From: Blasia pusilla
Lineage: Eukaryota
Direction: 5' to 3'
NCBI GenBank assembly: GCA_050084515.1
Contig: CM114271.1
Coordinates: 32,116,001-32,180,000 of the forward strand
DNA length: 64,000 nucleotides
In this document: positions 34,769 through 47,820 of the stretch, piece after piece
How positions within the stretch are numbered: the first letter of the stretch is position 1
Layout: each line of letters opens with the position of its first letter
The notes under the pieces: generated by a model
What the model was told of the DNA's origin: nothing
What the model saw: only the letters and a program-made list of their open reading frames with translations
Database searches by the model: none
Program-made: the position numbers and the translations under genes

Positions 34769-36615
34769 TCAACATACTTCTGTCCCACTTTGACTTTTAT
34801 ATCTCTTCTTAAACTCAAACCAGTTCAAGCTATCAGGCATATCCTGCAGAGCTTTAGCAAGCTCTTCCTCAGTCATCTCCTTCGGATCGTCATCCTCGTC
34901 CTCGCTGCTATCGTCACTGATAGTCCAACTTCCACCTAAAAGCAAGCCGTAAGTTCATCAGTGAAGAGAGATATTGATCCGACAACACACGCCTTTATAC
35001 TTTCAATCTATACCAGTGCGATAACAATTGATCACTCCGGTACTGCTTAAGCCGATATCGATGACAACTCCGAGGCCAAAGTCAGGCAAGAGACGAAATA
35101 ATCGCATGTCGAGGTAGACTGACAGTTAGTAGACATCTTGCACATTGACACGAGATTCTCCACTCGAAAACAGTAACTAGAGAATTGTTACCTGCAGCGC
35201 AGATAATATCAGCGCAATCTATTTCGTCGTGATCTATGTCCCAATGGTTCGGCGAAATAGGATCGGCCGTTCGGATGATGAAATCACCGTCACGGCTACT
35301 TTTGAATTCCCCATCAACACCTTCCACCAACACTCCACCGTGCTGCGATTCCGTTTGGCTATTCTCTTCCATCAGGAGTCTCACGAGCCGCTGACGTATC
35401 GCGGCTATTACGCCCGACTTGGCGATGTCTTCACCCACACATATGTTCTTCCTGATGATTTCAAAAGCCGTGTCATCATCCCAAAATTTAGAAGAGATGA
35501 AGACCGTTCGTATACCCCGATAAGTTACCACGAAGTCGGTATCACGGTACCGCTGCAACAAAGTATGAAGGTTGTCCCGCTGTTTCTGGGCTCCTTTGCC
35601 AAGGAAAAAGATTTTGAGTCTACAAGTGCGTGCAAATCGATGAGAATTAGCACGAGAGCTAGTAGAAGAGTCTCGGCAATAGCGAGGAATATTGCACCTA
35701 ATCAGGAAGGCGACGATACGGGTAGAGATCTAAAACTTACGGGTCAACGATGGTGATATCTCCTTTGAGATAAAGAGGAGCCTCATCCAATCTTCGCGCG
35801 AACAGAAGCTTTCCCTCGGCTGCCATGTAGTTCCATTTCCAGCTCTGATCTCCTGACGACTTGATTATCCCCTTCTCCGCTGCCCTCTCCATCCAGAATT
35901 CGTCTTTGTCGAAGAGGTCGCAGCAGAAATTGTTTACCTATAACATGATAGGGCGAATTGACCCAATTGAGCCAATTGAAATTGACCAGCTAAAGTTTCT
36001 AAAACGATCCTGGCAGAAAGTAGAAAACATTCCAGGTTTACGACCAGCCAAAGGTGCTCGCATGATCATAGAAGGAAACGCTTCCAATTCATAGAAGACG
36101 ACTAGCTCGCCCGTAATGGATGGGTCTACCTCCACTGGAATGTCTTAAACTGGGTGACCTAACACTGCCTTGAATGTGGGTACCCCGCCCGTACCATTCC
36201 TAACACGGCTGCACATTGTAGGTAAAATACGTAAGATTTGGATGTATACCTGTGACATGAGGCACAAATCGGCCACAGACAACTGCCGTCCGACATGCTC
36301 TAGTACCCGCACCGGAAGAGACTCCAACCGAGAAGACGGATGCAAGCTGAATTTATCCGTCTGTGTCTGCTTAGGAATATTGTAGACTGATTCAATTGAG
36401 CCTTTCTTCGCCCCAACCGGTCCCAAGTTTGAAGAGTCTCGTAGCGACAAGCCATCGTCCAAAAACATCTGGAAGAACCGGTGGTCAGGCGTGGACGCAA
36501 CGCGCTGCTTCTTAGCAGCCAAATGCTGCAACTGGACGGACGTGGTCCGTTTCCTCGCATTACTGAGACACAAGGCTAACCACAGACTAGACGAGAGTTC
36601 TTCACCTGCTGCCAT
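34769..36615 (-). CDS. F-box domain protein, 5 exons (36615-36250, 35937-35741, 35619-35192, 35118-35014, 34935-34769)
   Basis: F-box LESLPVRVLEHVGRQLSVADLCLMSQ|VNNFCCDLFDKDEFW spans intron 1. All four GT-AG introns are phase-consistent with no stops. Acidic C-terminus. A further intron at the last codons (gaa|gtatgt) cannot be excluded. Confidence 0.75.
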
Positions 36616-37391
36616 GCCTTGGCGCGGGAAGCTGGAAAAGTCGCGTCACACTGTCCAAATTGTTCAACCAGACTCCAAATCCACGTCCCTGTCGGTAGTG
36701 GTAAGTAGGGTACACTAGAACGTCTGAAGGGAATCTCCTAAAAACACTCACAGAGAGCAAATACAGTCGCTTGTCACCGCACGGAGTAACACGTAAGTTT
36801 GCAAGGATTCTGCGCACTAATCAAACTGGGGCTCCGTGGGCATCTCTCTCGGCGGATTTCCCCTCTACTAGCCTAACAAGAATGCGGCCCTCTAGTGGCG
36901 GCGATAATTTACGGCCCCTACATAATGTAGGAGTCGTTTTGGGTCCACGTCCGCAACTCATTGCGTGTGTCCGGGTGTCCAACTTTGTGACGTGTCCATA
37001 TTCTCGTCTTGGGATAAAGATATGAAGAGTACTATATGCTCTCTATCCCGTGTAAGCGTTATTTCTTGTTCGTATGAAGCATTCATATTAAGCGCTTGGC
37101 GGCTCTCGCCATTCATTTGGTTCGTGTAGTTAGTTAGCTATGGGCTCGTGTGAATTGATGCTGACAGTAATGAATCTCTTGCCATCTGCTTCGAGTCGTA
37201 ATGAGTTTGTTATGTTTCTTTTTCCGTCTCCAATTCATTCCGCTCGATTCTATGAGTATTCTCATCGCCTTCTTCGACATTGTCTGTTATTGAAGTGCGC
37301 CACCTAAGTTCTGAGAGTTCAAAATCGTCATAGGCTCTATCTTGTCTTCCGCGTTATCGCTCTATCCCTGCTGTCAATTTCCATTGCGAGT

Positions 37392-37428
37392 CACGGGCTT
37401 GATCTATTTACCATTTACCATTTACCAT
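37392..37428 (+). mobile_element. Minimal (37-bp) LINE 3'-end insertion
   Basis: cacgggcttgatcta-(tttacca)3-t is identical to the LINE terminus. Confidence 0.75.
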
Positions 37429-37899
37429 ACACTTACGATCGGCCCCTCATTTGGCAGTGGCTATCTCTCTTTGCGTAGCTCCTTCCTCAGCAGCTAAGTC
37501 TTTGGCACTTTTGTTTGTACACACATGTTCCAGATTTTCGTCCGCTCACTTCTACCTTTACGCAGATCTGCGACTTTGGCTACTCTGAAGGTTCTGCACT
37601 CTTTCTAGCTTTGGCTCCGCTCAAGGTTATCTTTGTCCCTCTTTTAGGTTGCCGATTGATCCCAGTTACTCGTCTTGGACGTTCTTCTTGCGGCTAACCG
37701 ACTGTGAAGAGAGGTAAGCCCCCAAGATCGTGCTTCGCCTAGCTGCTCTACTCATTTCATTGTCGTCTTCACACATTCTAACACTTCTTTTGACATGCGT
37801 TCAACATCTCCAGGTGCAGAGGAATTCTTATGATGGTCCATCAACACCCGAGGTGTGAAATTCCTCTCTCCCTTGTGCAGCCTCTGTAGAACTGATCCG

Positions 37900-38037
<138 letters not shown>

Positions 38038-39649
38038 CATTACAATTCCTCTCCAAGAAAATCCCTCTCTGATTTCTTGTCTCTCAAAGCTCCCCGTGCA
38101 CTTCCTCTCAAAACCCCTATAACCTACGGTTCGCGGTGCACCCTTCCCCTCATAATCACAAAAACTTGTTTTTCTTTTTCCTCATTTCCGCTTCGTTTGA
38201 GGAGTGGTCTCTTTTCTTAACTTCACAGTCAAATTCATATTTAGCTCATAACACTTCATCTGCTCGGATGTGCCACCTAGAACTGGAAATCGTTAAGATT
38301 ACAATAATGTCTCAGTAGTGTCTCATCTCAGTAGTTTTGAACTCGGGTAAACCATCTTGGCATAGTTTTGGCAACTTTTCTTCATCTTTTCATCCAATAA
38401 CTGCATCCGCACACTCCTCAACGCTATTAGCTTCCTCCTCTATATCTCTCAGCAACTTGTTCAGTTCCCTACATCCCCCATGACTCTATCCAACTCCAAA
38501 GCTATCCTTAGCAAAATCTACGAAACCCAAAGCTCTACGCACCTACGTTCCTTATTGATGAATAGAAGCCCCTCAATTAATGTAGTTCCTGCACCATAAT
38601 TTCCTTCATACTAAAAATTTAGTCTCTAATCCTACAAGAATGTGACTCCAATTTCATAGCCGATTTAAGCTTTCGTCTATATACTCCATTAGTCGCCAGA
38701 ACGCTACCTTAATCCGGAACTAGACGCCCTCCTTGAATACACTATGAGCTATAGCATAAACATGGAACATCTCCCAAACACCAAATGCCAAAGCTCGGTA
38801 TGGTACGAAGGTCACATCCGGTCATAGGCAATACATATTCATATTACACGTCTTATAATTTCAGATGCTCTATTGTGTGAGGTGCGACTCTATTTGTCCT
38901 CACGGTTCTTCATAACTCCAATCTATAGTAAGTAGCAATCTAGTGGCTAACTTTGGTTAAGAAGGAGCCAAAAAATATCCATTCTCCATCCTTTCAGTAA
39001 TCTTAATTCTTCATCACTGTATATCTCCCCTTTTTCATATCTCTGTCTATTTGTCTGTCTCTCTCAGCTACTCTCTCCCTCAACTCCCTCTTCACTCTTC
39101 CGCCTTGATTTCTCTGATCTCTGTTCATTGCCTTTTTCCATCATTGGTCTACTCCTCCCCATTCGTATCTCTCTGTCTCTCACTCTACTACTCTCTCCCT
39201 CTTACTTTCTCTGTCAATCTCTCTCTCTCGGTAGTTTTTTCACAAATTGAACATTCCTTTCCGGCCTCATCCCATCAAAAGAACTCAAATTACTGTACTA
39301 CACAAAAACCGCCTAAAGGCACAGAGGCAGACAGCCCATACAAGACAAATCCTCAAAGCAAACCTCCAATGAAGGCCAATATGCTCCCATTGGACCAATG
39401 CACAATCCTTGTTATCTAAGTGGAAAGAAATTTGCAATGCATTTATACTCTCTATGCAATGTTGTGGGTCTTGTGGTGTAGTCTTGTACTCTGCAACACG
39501 ATCACGAATGTGCACTGTACAATCAACCGCTTATCCTCCCTACGCCCTCTGAAATGGTTTTCTTACGCCATACATTATTCCCAAGGAAGGAGAGTTCTAT
39601 GCATGTGACCTTCGTACCAGTGACAGACCACGCACCACCTTAAATGTCT

Positions 39650-40835
39650 ACATGACTCCTACTCACATACATAGCATATTAGCTCCCAATCCACTTCATC
39701 TACAACTACTATTTATTGTAGACTCTAGAATCGGTATTGTCAACAAATTTAATGGATTCCACAAAGGATTCTTCAATCCTACATCATTCATCGACTCCCC
39801 TATTGTTGCCTGGAATATGGAATCAGCTTCAAGAGATAAGATTGAAGCGATTTTTGATAGTCTAAAGCAAGTACTTCTCACCAACTTTGCAATCAATGAC
39901 CTCCACAGAGACTACAAATGTCTTCTTGAACTACCCAATCCATCTGCTGGTTTAGTTGTACTTCATGGATCAGTGGCAACATCCATGTTCAAAACTCCCC
40001 AAGAAAAGGGTCAGGTAACCCATAGCATGACTTACAATCCCTACCAACTAGAGCTAAATATACTCCAAGACATCACTTATTGCCTCCCTACATGTAGTAG
40101 AAAGTCCTCACACATTTTTTATAATGGATGCCTCTACTTTAGGAAGGAAGCTAACTCTAGAGAATAGTTCTTTACAAACTCCTCAGGCGCATCACAGGAC
40201 AAAAGACTCAAAATAGAGACTGGAATATTTCCCTTCCTGTTTCCATACCTTCGTGGCTTTTTTCCAGGTTCTGGCTCCTTCTCTGATTACATACGCTTTA
40301 GATCAAGACAGACATTCAGCCTATTTTCTCTTTTCAAACCTTACTCACTTGTAATGTATCAATTGAGAAGTCCATTTCACTTTGTTCAACCTCTCTCAAT
40401 AAGGATCTTCAAAGACTCCGCAAGAAAACACCACATCTCGATAAGGAAGATTTATATCACCAATTTTCCAAACACTCACTCAGCCCTCAGATGCCAAGGA
40501 ATCCCGGCTGGCATAGAAAACACTTAAAAGACCTTAAAGTTATGGGAAAAAAATGGGGAATGCCCCATTTCTTTCTCACAATAACATCCGACGAGGTTTC
40601 ATCGACAAGATGGCATGAGATTGGCCATATTGAGGAAATTCTACAAAAGTTCAAAGGTGAGTTTACTCAGCGTGACGGGCCCTCTGAATGCGCTCAACTA
40701 TTTCATACAAAGCTTCATACTTTCCTTGCACAGTACATATTCTCAGGTTCCCAACTTTTAGGTCACGTTAGGAACTATGTAATAAGGTATGAACTGCAAG
40801 GTAGAGATAGTATGCATTGCCACCTCTTGGCATGA
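39650..40835 (+). pseudogene. Helitron-like Rep (HUH endonuclease) remnant
   Basis: PGWHRKHLKDL..WGMPHFFLTITSDE (motif 1) and RYELQGRDSMHCHLL (HUH motif 2); stops and frameshifts; truncated at the LINE. Confidence 0.75.
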
Positions 40836-40904
40836 GGCAATGGAGCTATGGTCCTCCTTGCCTTGTGTGTGCAACCCAAGTCTCTAAACATGTTCTTCTA
40901 TCCT

Positions 40905-41930
40905 GAACGATCTTGATTTCAGATCTCAATCTTACAGACGCTGTATCTTTCACGTGGAGTGTCATATGAAGCTAAAATTTTGAGGCAATGTGGAATGTCA
41001 AGAGGCGCCCTAGCCCTGCAAATTTCAAGCACAACCAAGTTACAAAGAAGAAGTTGTAAGAGATTTAAGTTTCTGCTCTTTTAGATTTGAGGATTTCGAA
41101 TCTGAATCTTGCGGAGGCCATATCTTTCACGTGGAGTGTCATATGAAGCTGAGATTTTGAGGCAACGTGGAGTGGGAAGAAGCACCTTGGTTTTGCAAAT
41201 TCCAAGCACAAAAAGTTACAAAGGCGAAGTTGTGAGAGATTTTAGTTTCTGCTCTTCTAGATTTGAGGATTTCATATTTGAATCTTGCGGAGGTCATATC
41301 TTTCACGTGAAGTGTCAAGTCAAGCTCAGATTTTGAGACAATGTGGAGTGAAAGGAGGTTCCATAGCCCTAAAAATTTCAAGCACAAAAAAGTTACAACT
41401 GCGAAGTTGTGAGAGATTTTAGTTTCTGCTCTTTTAGATTTGAGGATTTCGGATCTGAATCTTGCGGAGGTCATATCTTTCACGTGGAGTCTCATATAAA
41501 GCTGACATTTTGAGGAAACGTGGAATGTAAGGAGAGAACCTAGCCTTGAAAATCTCAAGCACAACCAAGTTACAAAAAGGAAGTTGTGAGAGATTTGAGT
41601 TTCTACTCTTCCACATTTGAGAATTTTAGATCTAAATCTTGCGGAGGCCATATCTTTAAGGTGGAGTGTCAGATGACATTTTGAAGCAATTTGGACTGTG
41701 AGGAGGCTCCCTAGTCCTAAAAATTTAAAGCACAACCAAGTTATAGAAACAAAGTTGTAAGAGATTTGATTTTATGCTCTTCTAGATTTAAGGACTTTAG
41801 ATCTGAATCTTGCGGAGGCCTTATCTTTCAAGTGGAGCATCACATGAAAGTGAAAATTTGAGGAAATGTAATATGTCAAGAGGCACCCTAATCTTGTGAA
41901 TTTCAAGTACAACCAGTTTCTAAAGCAGAA
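40905..41930 (+). repeat. Tandem array of ~6 x 177-bp monomers at the LINE 5' end
   Basis: Anchor gcggagg (or variant) at 40934, 41111, 41287, 41464, 41641, 41812. Confidence 0.92.
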
Positions 41931-42005
41931 GTTGTATGGTGTTGGAGATCCAGTAATACTTGATTAGAGGTCGTGCAATATTTGGGATGTAGTGAAGTCG
42001 ACTGC

Positions 42006-42758
42006 ATGATGACTACTCAAGACGGAATCTTGAATCTAGTGCAAGTGGTCTTGCATGAATTGAAAGAGCTTTGATAATAATTCAAGGTACAAACTTCTGA
42101 ATTAAACCTTGCACATATTCAAATCCGAAAGTTAAACGCAGTGCAAGAGTTTTTGAAGAAAGTGTTGGAAGATAGCTCTAGTGTGATGTTGGATCTTTCC
42201 AAATCTGTTGCGGATGTTCAAGAGAAGGCATCATCATTAGCAACTACTCCCAATAGTTCAGGATTGCATGAGGTTGTTGAAACTTTAGAAGTGAAAATGA
42301 AATTTTATGGTGAAGCTACAAAGGTTGGTCATATATCTTTCTGTCAAGAGCGAGAGATAGAAAAGGAAAACCAATTTGCCCATAGAAAGAATGTGAGAAT
42401 CTCAAGTTTGTTGAAAACAGAGAGCGAAGAGGTGAAGAGTGTTGTCACAAAGTTCTTGGTTGATACACTTCATGTTCACAACCCGCACTTTGCTCAAGCT
42501 TTCCGTATTGGGAAAACGAGAACACAACCTTGTGCCATTATAGTTAAGTTTGTTGATCAAACTGAACGTGATACTGCCATGGCTAACAAGGCCATTCTCA
42601 AAGGACGGAGGATATGGTTGGATCTCGATCTTACACCTCTACAAGTCGAAGCTAGGATAAAGGAGCTTGCAAAGATAAAAGAAGCTCAAGAAGTAGGTTT
42701 TATTGCTTATCTACGCGATGGTCGAGCAATTGTTATAGAGAGAAAAAGAGAGTTATAA
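42006..42758 (+). pseudogene. LINE ORF1 (coiled coil plus RRM/CTD-like, L1-ORF1 type)
   Basis: RKNVRISSL..AFRIGK..PCAIIVKF..RIWLDLDLTP; stops at 42072-42080. Confidence 0.8.
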
Positions 42759-42782
42759 ATCTAGCAATCCAAGAAGCTGAGA

Positions 42783-45700
42783 GTGTTGATGTGGAATATA
42801 CGAGGCCTTTTAACAACAAAGTATGTGAGTGCTCTACCAGTTTGGGAGATGGAGAACATCATCAATATTGTGGAGACTTGCGAACATGAGAGCAATACTA
42901 TTGCAGAGATGCAAGGGTTTAGGGTTTTTCATTTGGTGGGATCAACATGGAACCAAAGATGGCAACGGGCTGGAAGGGGTTATGGCGGTATTGCTACTTT
43001 CATCTGGTCTCAATTTCTACCTTTAATACATCTAGAAGATCAAGATATTGGAGGCCAATATCATTGGCTACGTCTTGGTTTGGTTGGGGAATCTTATTGT
43101 TATCCGGAAGTTGGTTATTTTGCACCATTGTCCATGCCTATCTACTCAACACGCACTTCCAATCGAAGTCAACCATTCCATCGACTTATTGGGGATGTTC
43201 TCAAATATCAAAGCAAAGGTGAAGTCTTTCTAGTTGGGGATTTCAATGCTCGCACACGTACTGCTCAATTTACCCAATTCAATGATTCCTTGACTTCTCC
43301 TCTTCTCAAAGAACATGAGGATGGTTCATGGTCTAGAATCTCTTCAGATGTTTCTACAAATCCTTTGAGAGAGCATTTGTTAACCTTCGGAGCCAATTGT
43401 AATTTGAAAGTTCTTAATGCAAACTCTCATTTTCCCAACTTTCACTCCAATATGTGTTTCTCCTCTACCAGCGCTAGCGCCATCGATGATCTTCTATCCT
43501 CGCCCGCTAATAGCTTTCTTATCTTTACATTTGATATTCTAGAACCTCAGCCTCAATCAGATCATGCATACATTATGACGTAAGAATGTGGAGATCCGCG
43601 AAAGTATGTATCCTTGTTCATAATATACAAGCATAGGAGTGTGGTATGTGTGGAGATGAGAGACTTGTCACCTTAGATGGATTTAGTCATACTAGAAATA
43701 GAATATGGTTTGCATTGTTATTTTCCCAATGAGAGTGGATTACTCCTCTTGGGAGAGCAACTCCGCCAAATCCCATTCTAGAGAAGAGTAGAGGATGTTT
43801 GTCAAGTATGGATAGGGGTGGAGCACGCGTTGTACCCGATTTTCCTTTCCTTAATCCGTACCACGTTAAGATTCTTTTTGTAGATAGACATTGGTTCACT
43901 CGCTATCTAGTTTATCACTTTGGGACGCGTTCATGAACCAAGTCGTGCAATCTCCAACTCCAGTGATTCTTTCTACAACTCTCTTATCTCTACATTTGAT
44001 ATTCTAGAACCTCAACCTGAATCAGATCATGCACCTCTTTTGTTTACTCTCTTACTATCAAAGGCAATTCCTCTCTCAAAATGTGAATCTATTTTAGCTT
44101 CTCCCAAGTTTTGCTTAGATCCTCGTGGAAAAGATCTTCATATGCTACATTTACAATAACTCTTAACTTGCATTGTATGGAGCCCAAATCCACACACATG
44201 ACAAGTTTGCAACTAACCGAATTTCTCAAAAACACTGCATCTAGGTTCTTTTCGCGGCACATGGATAAAAGTGCTAGGAGGCTACCTTATAATGGGTGGT
44301 TTGACTCTAAATACAAGCAAGCAAGCGCAAGATCAGTAGATAAATCTTTGGATATGCAAAGTTGGCTTATTATGACGAGCCTCTACAAATACTTGATGAA
44401 ATCTAAGAAACATGCTTTCTTGCGGCGGAAGCAAGCGTCTCCAAATCATATTGGAGATGCTTAATAGTATGGTCTTCAAAACCTACTCTTGATCCCAAAT
44501 CTTTGATATCTTTTGTCGAAAAGCTCTATTTCTTCCCCGATGCTACATCTATGCCACATTGTGAAGGAATATGTGGCTTATTCTCTGAAGCAGAGGTGAT
44601 GACTCAACAAAGAAGATTCACAAATGGTAAATGTGAGGATTTGGATGATCTTTCTATTGAACTTTTCAAGTGGGGAGGAGATTCTATTGGACCGATCCTC
44701 ACCAAAGTATTGGATGATGTTGTTATCTATGATTTTCCTTCAACCTGTTCGCTACGGAAGATTTTTCCTATTCACAAATCAAGAAGGAAGGACTTGGTGA
44801 CAAACTATCGCACTATCATGGTGGGTAGTGTTTTTGCCAAGCTATTTGTAAAATTGGTGGACTCAAAGTTGAGCGCCTGGAAAGAGTCATTCCAAAAGAG
44901 AACACGGGTCCAAGCTAGTTTTCGCCCAACATACAACACCATCGACCATATCTTGGCCTTGCGTGTTTTATGGGAGAAATCTAAGGGCAATGGAAAAGCT
45001 TTGTTTTGCGGTTCCATCAATTTCAATAAAGCTTTTGATATTGTATCTCGTAAGCTCTTATGGGATAGGCTGCAAGCCATTGGAGTACCATCAAATCTTC
45101 TAGCAGCCGTGGCCACGTTATACCATTCCGTTTGGGCCAAGATCAAAGGTTCACAAACTCAAGAGATCTTGAGTACCATCGGAGTCATTCAAGGTTGCCC
45201 TCTCCCCCCTACTCTATTTGGAGTTTTCATAGATGATATCGAAAAGTGGTTGGAGGAATGTGATAGTGAAGGTGCCAAGCTTGGAGAATTTGTCATCAAA
45301 GCTCTAGTATATACAGATGATATCATATTACTTGCACGTGATGGTATTAGTTTACAAAAATACCTCGACACTTTGGCAAGGTTTTGTACTCATAATCAGA
45401 TGGAGGTTAATATGGAGAAATCTAAAGTCATTATAGTGGGTACTAGATCCAAGTTCTCATTCTTTTACAAAGGTCTACAATTAAAACAAGTGAAGAGTTA
45501 CAAATATCTAGGCATTGATTTCTCTCATGACTATAGTTGGGCACTTTGCATGCAAAAGAGAGTAGAAGCTGGTTAACCACAAAGCTCTACATTCATTTTT
45601 AAATTGGTGTAGAAGAGCTCATCTTGTGTCTTGGGGTCTTAAAAAGTTCTTATTTAGGAGCTTAGTGTTGCCGGAGGTCTTATATGGGACCCAAGTTTGG

Positions 45701-46369
45701 GGCCCTAGTTGTAAGAAGACAAGTTGGGAGCGCATGGAGAGGATGCAAAAGATCTTTCTACAAGAAGAATTGGATGTAAGAAACCAAACTCTTCATGCTA
45801 TTCTTTTCGCGGAAACAAGTTATCTTCCTCTACAGGTTGAAGCACTTTACTTGATCATCACTTGTATGGCAAGGGTGAGATCTCTCGATGTTTCTCGCCT
45901 GCCTCATCAAGCTTTGCGAGGCACACGTTCTGTAGGATGGATGGCGGATGTGGTGACTTGGTCTTTAAAGTGGAATGTGGGGGAACGCGATTGGGACTTG
46001 AAACCGATCGCACTCTGCGAGGATCTACAAAAGCAATTTCTCAACATCATTTGGAGCAGCCCGGGCTAAAAAATGGAGTTTTATCAACTTCATGTTAATC
46101 CTATGCTTGCATATTGTGAACAAGGATACCTACTTTCGGGGATCTCCACATTCTTACGTCATATTATCGCACGACATAGAACTGGGTCTCATAGGCTAGG
46201 AATTAAAGAAGGAAGATGGTTTAATATTGAGAGGAATGAACGAATTTGTAGGTTATGTGACGGAGAAAATATTGAGGATGAAGAGCATATGTTTGTTACA
46301 TGTCCAAGGTATGAAGAGATTAGACTAGCTCATAAAATAGATGTGGAGAATGTCTATTCTTTACTATAG
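42783..46369 (+). pseudogene. LINE ORF2 (APE endonuclease, reverse transcriptase, C-terminal Cys/His motif), disrupted
   Basis: MWNIRGL; VGDFNAR; SDHAP; NYRTI; FNKAFDIV; GVIQGCPL; YTDDIILL; YKYLGI; CRLCDGENIEDEEHMFVTC. Confidence 0.92.
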
Positions 46370-46889
46370 TTACTGTCTTATGATTTAGGTTGTTATATTA
46401 GGGATATCATTATTCATCGCTCAAGTGCTCTAGGAAGTAACTAGGAGAAGGTCTTTAGGATATTTTTTCGGGTCCGTGAATGAATGATTTGTAATGTGTT
46501 TTTCAGCCTTTTGACCCTTTGGGTCCCACGGGCTTGATCTATTTACCATTACCATAGTCCTTCTGTGTTGTTTCTTATAAATCAACTCGTGTGTTATTTC
46601 ATCACACTTTTATCATCTACTTCACGTGCAAAAAAATTCAGTACCATCAAACAAAACACTTCTTCATTATACTTTCGAGGCTATTTAATAATGATCTCTA
46701 AGTGGACTTACTCATGGCCATATACAACCAGTCTTGTCGAACTTGGAGCTTACTATAATTAATCAAGTGATAGTTATTCAATTTAGGTTCATCAATTGAG
46801 TGCCGCCCTGTTGTAAGATCAACTTCACAGCTTTCTTCATATACATGCTTTCCACTGCCAAATTCTGTTATATCTGAATCAAGAAGCAT

Positions 46890-47820
46890 CTTATCTTTCT
46901 ACCCTTCCACATTTGAGGATTTCACATCTGAATCTTGCGGAGGCCATATCTTCCACATGGAATGTCACATGAAACTGATATTTTGAGATAATGTGAATTG
47001 TGAACAGGTGCCCTATCCCTGCACATTTCGAGCACAATTGATTTATAGAGATGAAATTGTGAGAGATTTGAGTTTCTGCTCTTCCACATTTTAGGATTTC
47101 ATATCTTAATCTTGCGGAGGCCATATCTTTCAAATGAAGTGTCATATGAAAACGAGATTTTGAAGAAAAGTGGAGTGTAAATAGGTGCTCTAGCCCTAAA
47201 AAAATCAAGTCCAACCTACTTACAAAGACAAAGTTGTTGAAGATTTGAGTTTTTGCTCTTCTATATTTGAGGATTTCATATGTGAATCTTGCGGAGGCCA
47301 TATCTTTCACGTGGAGTGTTACGTGAAACTGAGATTTTGAGGAAATTTGGAATGTGAAAAGGCACCATAGCCTTGCAAATTTCGAGCATAATTGGCTCCT
47401 AGAGCAGAAGTTGTGTGGTGTTGGAGATTTTGCCCTAATCTATTGGAGGTCGTACATTATCTGAGATGAAGTGAAGTCAACTACATGATGACTATTCGAG
47501 ATAAAATCTTGAATCTAGTGCAAGTGGTATTGCATGAATTGAAAGAGTTTTGACAAGAATTCAAGGTTCAAACTTCTCAAGTGAACCTTGTACATATTCA
47601 AATCCGAGAGTTGAAGGCAATGCAAGAGGTTTTGAAGAAGGTGTTGAAAAATAGCTCTAGTGTGATGTTGGATCTTTCCAAATCTTTTGCGGATGTTCAA
47701 GAGAAGGCATCATCGTTAGCGACTACTCCCAATAGTTCAGGATTGCATGAGGTTGTTCAAACTTTGGAAGTGAAACTAAAATTTGATGTTGAAGTTACAA
47801 ACGTTGCTCATATCTCTTTA
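46890..47820 (+). mobile_element. LINE 5' fragment: ~3 monomers, 5' UTR, ORF1 N-terminus
   Basis: Anchors at about 46937, 47114, 47291 (177-bp period); LVHIQIRELKAMQEVLKKVL. Confidence 0.85.

Larger units (their letters stand above)
40905..46555 (+). mobile_element. Near full-length degenerate LINE (RTE-X-like): 5' monomer array, ORF1, ORF2, TTTACCA tail
   Basis: Complete order of array, ORF1, APE, RT, Cys/His motif and 3' tandem tail; clade assignment is inferred from this architecture. Confidence 0.88.

Noticed and set aside
35229-35756. 175-aa plus-strand ORF
   Set aside because: Antisense shadow of F-box exon 3; the minus strand has the coherent splice structure.
41109-41735. ORFs with repeated KDMASARFRSEILK peptides (also 28550-29000, 46891-47310, 55568-56043)
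   Set aside because: Translations of the 177-bp monomer, whose length is divisible by 3; frequent stops and no domain.
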